Of a stretch of 64,000 bases of DNA, positions 1-10,089 are shown piece by piece; the stretch's first letter is position 1; each line of letters opens with the position of its first letter. Origin of the DNA: Kudoa neothunni (taxonomy: Eukaryota; Animalia; Cnidaria); assembly GCA_964304625.1 (NCBI GenBank), contig OZ199839.1, positions 2,573,587-2,637,586 on the forward strand, read 5' to 3'. Under the pieces are notes generated by a model. It did no database searches. It worked only from the letters and a program-made list of their open reading frames with translations, and had not been told where the DNA came from. A program made the translations under genes and the position numbers.

Positions 1-469
1 CGCGTGTGACATCAAGAATGTTATTTTTAAAATGTACAAACAGATTAATCTTTTAATAATGTTTAGGTTCCACTTGAAGCTAATTCAGTTGATGTTGTGG
101 TGTTTTGTCTCTCCTTAATGGGAACCAATTTAGGTGATTTCATAATGGAAGCCAATCGAATATTAAAAATGAAGTAGGAATTGATTGATCATTTTAAGTA
201 TGTCTAATAATGTATAATTTAGTGGCACATTGTTGATCGCTGAAGTGGCAAGCAGATTTCAAAATGTCTCTAATTTTACAACCTCTCTCAATCAATTGGG
301 ATTTAAATTGAATTTTAATGTAATTTTTGGAATAATTTTATATTTATTTTTTATTTAGAAAAACTTGTCATCTCATTTTCTACTTTTTGAATTCAAAAAA
401 ATCATGCGACCAACTCCTAAAAAAGGATTAAAAATCTCTCTGATGCCCTGTTTGTACAAAAAGAGATGA
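1..469 (+). CDS. RRP8: 3' part of ribosomal RNA-processing protein 8 (nucleomethylin, rRNA methyltransferase); exons <1-19, 67-173, 223-319, 359-469
   Basis: Manual splicing of three GT-AG introns (20-66, 174-222, 320-358) gives [54 protein letters not shown]...GFKL...[10 protein letters not shown]...LMPCLYKKR*. This matches the RRP8 signature (FCLSLMGTN, AEVxSRF, C-terminal PCLYKxR). Confidence 0.93.
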
Positions 470-2967
470 TAAATAGCGTTGTGACTTGTTAGATAATAAA
501 AAATTAGTTACTGTGCATATTTTTATCTTTACTGTGATGAGAGTATTTTTTGCTATTGAGTTCACAAAATAGTAAAAATATGTAATAATATTATTAAATG
601 ATTCCTTAGTCGGAGATACATATTTTGGAGCATACTAATTTATGATTTAAAATCACAAAAATCCATATGATTAAATTATTTTGGAAGTAACAAATATTCA
701 ATAATATATTTTATGATTGTTTTAAAGGAACTAATATTCTCACAATAAGAGTATTTTTTGCTTATGTTTTTATTTTCGTTCTTTTAATTTATACAGTAAT
801 GGATCAGTCGTACGTAATCCCCTTAGGGATGAGGAAATTGTACGTACTACCGGTTCCGGTCGGGAATAATACGTACTTTTTTGGGCAAGCGCACGAAAAA
901 ATTTAAACAAAAAATTAGATATAATTTAAATAATATTGAAAAATCGGATTTTTTAAATGCGATTTAAAATTGAGCAAACATCCGAAGTAGAATCAAATAT
1001 TAACTCCACTTCTTTGAGTCATGATGCTTAAAATAGTTGCGAAACTCTTCTAAATAAAATAGGACCATATTTGAAAAGTATAATTTTTTGAAAATAATAT
1101 CTTCCGTTCCTGAAGATTCGGCGACTTCTCGCCAACAGGGATGACAGTTTCTTTCGTTCATTAGTATTTTGTGAAAATTTGGAGTCTTGCGAGTGAACAT
1201 GAATTTACCATCCCCACCTTAGACTATTGGAGGATTCTAAATACCGACATCTAAGAAAGTTAATAACTCTGACCAATAATTATGTGCAATATGAGATAAT
1301 TATTGATTATTTTTAATTTCACACTACAATCGATCTTTTTAACAATTAAAAAAATTGTTTTTTCGCCTCTTTAATAAACTTTGATATTATAAAATTTCTG
1401 TAACCACATAAGTCATTGGCATTGGTTGTGGGAACTCTCTAATGAAATTGGCTTAAACCTGCGCTAGAATATATATGGCGGAAATGGTAAAATAATTGAT
1501 GATCTTGATAAAATGCTCAAAAAATAGTTTCGATCAAGATTGAAAACGACGTTATTTTTCTCCAACCATGATTTAGCAATCACCCAAATTGCTCAGGGAT
1601 AGATAAGATAATATCATTAACCACATTTCTCACTAAGAGTCGCTAACATAGCTATTCCGGCATTAAATTCGTTATTCAGTCAATAAATATAAGCTTTAAT
1701 TTAAATACATTTTGCTTTTGAAATTAAATACAGATATTGTTTGTTTATATCCAATTAATTGTCTCTAAAAACAAACACGTTCTTAAACGACCGATATATT
1801 TAGATTCCCTCAGAGCAAAGATCCATTCGGTCGAAAAAATTTAAAATTATGATTTCGTTCGTTTTTACTTGTAACAATCTTTGTTCGTGTGAACAAACAC
1901 GAACGAAACTCATGAATTTGCCATTCTTGACCATTATGTGCATCAAGGAGAGATGAGGGACATTTCTGCAGTTCAATCAGATCTTACTTGTACCTGCAGC
2001 GAGAAATTCTCTTACAAACATTTCTAAATGAAAAAGGGTTTTAACTATTATATACTAAGTTCAACAATTTTAATTATGTGCTCGAATATTTGAATTTAAA
2101 TCCATGGAAACTATCTCAGAATATCATTCAAGTTTTTAGAGATTTTAATGCTGATAGAGTACCAAATTCTTTTATTATCAGGGACAAAGTAAAATTTTAT
2201 AGGATTGATGTTATTGTTTATTAAATAAAGAACCAGGCACAATGTTGTTTTTCCAACATATTCCTGATTACAAATAAAATTGAGATTTTTTATTTAAGTA
2301 AAATTTATTGTTAGAAACAAGGATTTACAAAATAGAAATGAGTTGTATACTGCCATTATGGATATAACCAATGAAATATCAATCGAACAATGCTCAGATT
2401 GCTTAAACAATTCTGAAATGTATTTTATTAGGTGTCTAAATTATGGTGTTATTTGAAATTAAGGATTTAATATATTTTCGTTAAAAATTGGTCTGAAATA
2501 ATTGCATGTTGACCTGAAATCTCGTAGTGGCGCGTTAGTCGAAAGTTGATCTTTAAACACCGTAATTTTAAAAATTATAATACTAAATAGCGTGAAATGT
2601 TCAATTGTAATTGCTTGGATTTTTTGTATGTAATTTTCAAATTTTATCCTTCGATAATATTAATTTTTCAGTCACTATACGTTGAATTCTCAATAGTTTT
2701 GTTCCGAAGTATTAAAAAAAGATTGATTGAGGCTGAAATTGAAAAAAGCGCCATAGTAGTGAGATTTTATTTTTATCGCACCATGATAAATTGATATTTC
2801 TTGTACACAACTTTGCTCCTTTTTAAACACAGGTAACGTTCACTAAAATGGTATACCAACAAAGTTTTGTGAAGAAATTAAAAATATCCATTGATATCAA
2901 TAAAATTATGAAATATAAAGATAGGAATGGAAAGGAGTAATATTTATAGCTAATTAACTTTCTAAGG

Positions 2968-5900
2968 CAGTGGTTCCCTACAAGTGTTACTCTCGCATCC
3001 CCAGGCAACCACCAAAACTATGTCCGCACCCAACGGTAATTCACCGTAAAAAGGATTAAAGAAAATCATTTCTCTAATACGACCTTAATTACAATTTAAA
3101 TTTATACATTTCAAATTTAATGTATAAACTATTCTTAGGATTAATTGGATTTTATAAAACTACCGACTGGAACAAATTTTCAAGAATGTTCTTGATTAAT
3201 TTTCCATATTTTAAACTTGAAAATACAAAAAAATATTTTATATGCATAACTTAATTAATTTTATCTTTTAAAAATTTTACTATGAAAATCCAAATAAATC
3301 TATTTTTTTAATTATTTACGTACAGTGTTCAAAATAAGAATGAAATTGGCACGCAAAGAAACCAATAAATCCGTTGAAAAAATATTTTAGGAACAACAAA
3401 AAGGATAAAATATTTTTTAATTATCTACTTTCCTGATCTTTGAGATCGTTAATTAACATTTAAATCATGGTTCTTTGTTAGTTACCGAGATTCGAAAATC
3501 ATTCTCAGGATTTAACAAATTTTTATATTTGTTTTTTATATGCAACAAAAATGAAAAACCAGACACACAACCAATTAATGGAAAACGGAACTAGAATACT
3601 TCACTCTCGTATTGCAAGAGATGGATAAGCAGTCAGAGCATGGCATCATAATTCTTCAAGTGTATTTGATTCAAATACGAGTCTCATCGCTTGACTTTCT
3701 TGTAAATCAATTAGCTCCTCTACATCGTGATCGTCATTACGTATATTTACAAATTTAAATGAAAATAAGTTGATGATCCAAACGTCGGATGCGTCCAAAT
3801 TTCCTGCCGAAAAATACCTATCAAATGAGAGAATCAACATTTTAAGGTAGTAAACAATGACAGCCATTACATCTAGTATAAATTTTTGATTATTTTCAAC
3901 CTAAAGAACTTCATTGAGTGATTCAAAATTTGCGAAATTTTCAACTTATATTCTCGAGCTCCACAAAAGTAATTTCTTACAAAATGAACGCAGTTTTCCG
4001 GAGGATCTCACAATAATCATTCCCTTTCCTTTCCTTCCCTTGAATTGAATTGAATAATTCAAATCGTTTTTATGTAAAAATATATCTATCAAATAGACCA
4101 GTACTATTAAAAAGTTCGGCTACTCAGAAGCATCAAACAGCTCTGAATTTTGTTTGCTTCAAAATTCTTTGAGTTCGTTTCTATAGCTAAAAAATCTTCC
4201 CAAGATTTTACCTCGAGAAAGTCATCTTACTTTTTTATGAATTAATAAAACTAAAGAATCATCGTTGAATTCACCACTGCAAAAAACCTTGAACAAGCGA
4301 TGATTTAAAGCTCTTCCACGAATAAAATTAACGATTTCCACAATACATCCAAAATTTTCTTAAAATTATCCGGTAAAGTATAGACATCAACGCTTGACGA
4401 CGAAGAAAACAATGTGTAAACAAAACATCGGGTACTTCAGTTCTAATCAATGAAACAAATCCAGACCTATTACCTAGCATGACTCATGACTGGACCTCTG
4501 TCAATGCAAACAGACCCAATTCGATTCGATGAAATTTTCATATTATTGAAAAAGGTTTCACTGTATTAAATATGTCTTTCGCAGTCGTTATGATTTCAAG
4601 AAGTTTATAGAAAAGAAACTCTTCCTCGATTGGGGTTTCCTTTATATAGCGAAGAAAGCAGAAAAGTTGACTACAATTTTCGACATCCGTGGATTCATCC
4701 AACTGAATTTAAACTTTCAAAGGTTATTATTTGATATACAGAATTATTTGTTTAAGGATATCCTCTCCAGTAGCGTTGATTCTATTTCGAACAACATTAT
4801 TCGACTTAGAAATCCTTTTATATTTATTTGCAGCATCTTCACCCAATACAATTCGTGCTGATTCAATAATGCAGGGTTTTATAAGATTCTCTGCAATTTT
4901 GTGTGGATTTTTATTTTTTCTATTTCATAAGCAAGGATTTATCCAGAGAAACTAATCCCAATTTTGGATGTGTGCCTTCATATCATAGCGGATTCTTTTT
5001 TTTTCAATGAATCAAAATCATTTCCTATCTGTGAACTTCCACCGTGTTTAACCCCCAAAATGCACTTCAAGTTTTGATGATTTCAGATTTGAATTGGAAA
5101 ACGTTGAACTACAAAGCACACAACGAGGTAGATCGATCCCTTCAATAACAATATTTGTGATACCAAATCGAATGTAATGCTCCTTCCATTTTCTAACCTT
5201 TTGTTGATCCATCATAATTCAAACATTTGGAATATTAAAAGAGATTACAGAAATAGAATCCAGATTTATTCTGTTTTTGATTATTGCATCCACAAAACAA
5301 TATCAGTATTTAAATCTATAACTTAAACCATAAAAAAAGATGCGTCAAGATTTTATTTATTAAAATATCAAATCTAAATTGTTAAGTTTTTAAGCGAAGC
5401 GAATAAATCGTTGTAAATTGGAAAATCAAGATCAATACCTATGTCCAAAACGTGATTAGTGATTGTTAATATGTGGGCGACAACGAAAATACTTGAAATT
5501 ATTATAATATTAAACGCTCTGGAATCATTTACTTATATAAAATAAATTTTGTACTATCTATAATTTTTGATGATCTAGACTTAAATTTATACATGAAATA
5601 ATTTCGTGAAATGTGTATCATCTATAAAACATTATTCAACAATATTTTTTATACCTTTTTTAAAAACAATCAAAAATGGAAGCATTATTAATAATATATC
5701 AATGATAACTCTCGAATGTTAGCAATAAGAAAGCCAAACACATTCACACTCACCTCCTTATACTTATTAAATATATGTCAGCGTAATGTTTTATTAAAAT
5801 GGACTAAATAGAATTATCCACTGTAGATGCAGCAGACACTACCATTAGGGTAAGATTCGGTAATAGAATATACTGGCAACGATTCATTTTTAGTATCGGT

Positions 5901-6108
5901 ACATTTAATATTATTTTTTTTATTGTGCTATCACATAACCAACGACCAATATCACAACAATCAAACGGTAATAACTGTAAATTAAACGAATGATTGGACC
6001 AAAACCTCACCAGCATTAAACTCGTAAAAAGATTATTTCTACATTAATTTTAAATGATTCTCATACCCCCCTAAAATAGCTTCCTGCATCCCATGTAGGG
6101 AACCACTC
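2968..6108 (-). mobile_element. Degenerate hAT (Buster/ZBED8-like) DNA transposon
   Basis: TIRs cagtggttccctaca (2968) / tgtagggaaccactc (to 6108). Fragmented minus-strand transposase at ~3600-5215 includes RKWKEHYIRFG..PRCVLC..SNSNLKSSKL, IQLDESTDV and THCFLRRQAL, with many stops and frameshifts. Confidence 0.85.
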
Positions 6109-6531
6109 CTTGAAGGTATCAAAAAACGATCTAACTCCAAAGATTTTGGGTGAAAATTACCCCCGACTTTTTGTAGGTAAATTTAAATTAAAAATTGTAA
6201 TAAATCTACTTCTAAAACATTATATGGTTCGACACATTACATTCTGAGAAAAAGTGTCGTTACTCACATTACTAGTCATCATAAAACCTTATACGGCACA
6301 AGTCGTAAGTCACCAGTTCTTCGTTAACAAACAAAGGTAAAATATGTAACTACGATGAATCTTATTTTAATTTCTAACTCAATATATTTTTTTTAATATT
6401 ACGAATTATTATAGAATTAAGTTTAAACAATAAACACATTTTTTGGATGAATAATTAAGTAAATATTATGCTGGGGTTAATTTCATCCCAAAATCTTTGG
6501 AGGGTGTTTTTTAATTTTTGATAACCTCCAG
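6109..6531. mobile_element. MITE-like element with ~55-bp imperfect terminal inverted repeats
   Basis: ccaaagattttgggtgaaaattacccc (~6137) is inverted at ggggttaatttcatcccaaaatctttgg (~6473). No coding capacity. Confidence 0.55.
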
Positions 6532-6974
6532 TATTTTTTTAAAATCTAAACACTCACAAATTTTACTTCAAATAAATTTATAGGTATAGCGATAATATCA
6601 TATACATTAAGAAACTATGAAAGAATATATGATAGGATTAAAACTTGTTAACGGGAGTTCCACCCAAAAATCCTTGGAGAGTTAGATTTAAACATTGATG
6701 TTTAATTCAAGGGTTTTTGAACCTTATAATGAATAAAAAATTAAATAATGTCGATTATCAGATTAACTTCAAGTCATTTATTATTTTAATTAAATGTTAA
6801 TTTCGAATAAGAATTCTAATAAGCAGCATTTTAACTTTCTATTAAACAGGAATAAGAAACAGGTAATTAAATACATTCAGAGAAAGGGCTGTGTATATGT
6901 GTTAATTCATTCTTTTTAAATCAAATAACATGAAGGTTTTGATAATAATTCGAAGGGTTAGTTTAAGAAATGTG

Positions 6975-9593
6975 TTATTTGATTCCTTTGCTTGAAGCCA
7001 CCTTCTTACGGTAAATGACCAAATAATAAAATAGTCCCGCAGCTACACTTAGCATCACTCCAACAACAGATCCCCTATTTAACTTGTTGAAATTTTTATT
7101 CAGAACAATTTTACGATATAATTCCAGCCACTTTCATGCTAAATATACGTTAGATTATTAGAAAAATCATTTGCTTACTGATTAGAGTCAGCTTTTGCAA
7201 TGGCATCTGGTGCTAAATATACCAATTCACCAATCATATTTCATTTATTGTTTTATTTACTTGAATTTGTATTATTAATTTAGAAAATTTAAACATTTAT
7301 AAGAAATCAATCATATATTTTTATTTAATTATTAAAATTTGAAAAAAGTGACTACCTTTTGGTCGTGGCACGCGTGACTTTGGTGGTCTTTGAAGCTAAT
7401 TTTGAATTTAAGTAAAGAAAAATAAATGGAATTGAATATCACTAAATAATTATTTAATAATCTACTCATTTATATGATGTGATTACCTTGTAGTATCCGC
7501 CACACTCTCAATTTCTATATAACGGTTGTATTTGAAATAAACGAATAAAAATACCCTTTCTCACAATGTATATTGTATCTCCATGCATGTAACTTTCAGG
7601 CTTCACAATTAATTTGTATGATTTTTTGGACGAGACACCAGAGTATGTAATAAAGTTGCATTTTGTATCGCAACTAGCACTTGTTATAAGACACGGAGTT
7701 CCTACTATTTCAGGCTTTCTGGCATCTGTAATATCAATCAAGGTATTGTAACATTTAATTGCTGACATATCTCTCGTAGGATTCATTGCTCCCACAAACT
7801 TTATGGTCTCACCATCAAACAAATGGGTTATGGTTAATGTTGCGCCGTCTAATGAGCAATTTTCATTTAAAATATTCAAAAAAATTACCAGTTAATAACT
7901 CATTAATTTCTGTATCACTTTTTGTACTATCAAATTTTATTAACAAGGAATATTTTGTCCCGCGCTCCAACCTTTCAAGTTCAGCTCGCTCAGAACACAT
8001 TATTCTGCAAGGGAATCTTCCATTACAGTATACATCAGAGTAAAAATTTGTCCATTCATTCTTTACTTTAATTAAACAAGCAATTTTATCATTGTTCTCG
8101 GTCATTGGCTGGAATCGCATCCTTGTATCCATAATGGTTATGTCGGTACTTCCAAGTTGGACTGCATCTCCATCTCCGTCTATACATTTGTTTAAGAAAA
8201 TCATCAAATTTATTTACCTGTAATAAAATAATATTCAAACGTTATTTCTTCCGATCCCTCATTTTTTGCATCCACAGTTACGATATATGCTGTTCCAGCA
8301 CTCAAGTTGGAAACACTTTTTATGATACAGCCAGTGTCACAAGTATCTCCGGAACATTGTCGTTGTATTTTCGTTTTAACTTTTAGATCAAGAGAATTCC
8401 TTACATCAAGTGTACAACTTGAAGCACTAATTGTATCAGTTAATAATTTCATAGTTGTTAAATCTAATGTAAATCCGGCATTTGAAATATCTGTCGGCGT
8501 TATGCCATTATTTGCCACTAAAAAATGTCATTGGGATTAAATTAAAATTTTTTACATGTATAGGTTTTTGTCTCAGCAGTTTTCTTCTTCACTTCGCGGA
8601 TATAAACAGTCACCTGCAAATACGTTGCATCGGCTATCATTACAACCTCAGTACATGGATTAATACATAAAATCGTGTTTATTCCACAGTTTTTCACGTA
8701 ATCATTTTCCCCTGCAGTTTGATCTTTTATTTTAAATTCACATAGCTTATCAGGCTTTTGGTTCAAAATTGTTATTTTATATTTTTGTTCTCCTGAAACT
8801 TGTGTCACTGTGTAGAAAAATTCAGAAAATTCAGAGGCTTTTTGAGTGTATTCGTTATTTATATAATAAAGAAAACTAGGGAAATAATTTCCACATTCTA
8901 AAGTATATTCATATCGATAAGTAGTTAAACTCGCTTTCAATGTGGCTTGATTTGTTGTGGTACAAGTCTCACTTGCCTCTGATTTCGCAATCTCAATACC
9001 GTCTGAGGTCAGCTTGCACTCTGTTATTGGACATATCATGTTATATGTAAACTTAACTTTTTCATCTACAGTTGTTACAGTAATGTCTGGATTCAAAACA
9101 TAGCCTAAATAAAATTAGCATTACCTAAAATATAAATAGCATTTTCTAATAGGTTTACTTCTTGGTATCATAAATACTTTTTTGAGTAATGGATTTTCTT
9201 CTAAGTTTTCTTTTGAATTAATGACTCTTATTAAAACAAATTTTGAATAAAATGAAGCTTCTTCTATATCTATATTGTCTTTATCGCATTGTAGAACGCA
9301 TTTATTTTCTGTTTCTGTGTCTTTACAAAGAAAATCTGCGTAAGTCAATTTATTTTGCTGGTTGAGCTTAGAAATTTGTATATAACATTTTTTATCAGCA
9401 TCAAAATCTTTTAACGATATTTTAATTTTATTTCTATTATTCTCTACTTCAGTGATTCCAAACTCAAGGTAATGTGATTTTCCCTCTGGCTTATCATTGA
9501 AGGAATCTAAAATGTATATATGTTTAATATTATTTAATATAACATACAAAATATGATTGTCGAAAATGTCACAACTGTTACGAGAAGTCTCAT
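6975..9593 (-). CDS. Array copy 1: Cys-containing FN3-like type I membrane protein, 683 aa; exons 9593-9548, 9506-9159, 9104-8556, 8517-8218, 8179-7889, 7848-7555, 7514-7488, 7395-7357, 7212-7179, 7138-7115, 7074-6975
   Basis: Exons sum to 2052 nt (684 codons including TAA) only with stwintron splicing of introns 7 and 8. Signal peptide MRLLVTVVTFSTIIFYSFN; FN3-like motifs (NLSAGTAYIVTVDA, RLERGTKYSLLI); stalk EIESVADTTTSKTTKVTRATTKTPD; TM VAGIISGSVVGVMLSVAAGLFYYLVIY; tail RKKVASSKGIK*. Confidence 0.85.
7213..7487 (-). other. Two [D1,2]-type nested twin introns flanking a 39-nt exon, copy 1 (A 7487-7396, inner 7486-7442; B 7356-7213, inner 7355-7260)
   Basis: A: ACAA|g gtaatc...tttag tgata...aattag|CT. 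B: AAAA|g gtagtc...ttcaag taaat...tttag|CA. Confidence 0.8.
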
Positions 9594-9627
9594 TATGTAT
9601 AAAATAGATTTAATCCGTTATGTGGCA

Positions 9628-9682
9628 ATTCACTAATACATCTCGATTCAATTGGCAATGAATTCCCCACAAGTCGTCAAAA
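9628..9682 (-). promoter_or_regulatory. Conserved non-coding block ~35-90 nt upstream of the ATG in all seven paralogues (putative core promoter/initiator)
   Basis: The + strand attca(c)gaata...(c)gattcaatt(g)rcaatgaa block recurs at ~9630, 16400, 24292, 32588, 38991, 48798 and 59870. The minus-strand reading contains TCATT in six copies. Confidence 0.5.
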
Positions 9683-10089
9683 TATTGAAAATCTGTAAAA
9701 ATAATAATAACTAAATAATTTTATACAAACATATGATTTTTAGCCCCATCAGAGAGAAAATATAAAAAGTCTAAAATTATATGGATAATTGATAAAATGT
9801 AACTTATTAGATCCTTCTTTTGGTTCAAATAATATTTATTTCTATGCAACAAGATAATAATAAATTCAAGTTTATTTTCACATTAACACAACATATTTTT
9901 TATAAAATTGAATATAACATGAATGTCAGGAAAAAATACGTACTACAGTCGGTAATCGGTTTTGCATACAACCGATTTTTCACACTCTTTGTGAAATTAT
10001 TTAATTATGACTCTAAATGTCTCCAATGTTTATATAAATAAATATATTTAACATAACGATAATTTTGGTTCAAATAATAGACCTTAAAT

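Noticed and set aside
800-1600. Possible very old Merlin-like transposon (short tacgta repeats at ~810-880; NPPIV*GGDG-like fragment on the minus strand)
   Set aside because: Too degenerate; no second TIR or clear catalytic motif found.
7260-7355. The inner intron of stwintron B is about twice the modal size, suggesting a third nested intron
   Set aside because: No conserved internal AG or GT in the copies compared.
9105-9158. AG|GT inside intron 2 of copy 1, a possible recursive (zero-length exon) site
   Set aside because: Absent from the copy 2 and copy 3 introns examined, it would leave only a 20-nt second intron, and single-step splicing already keeps the frame.
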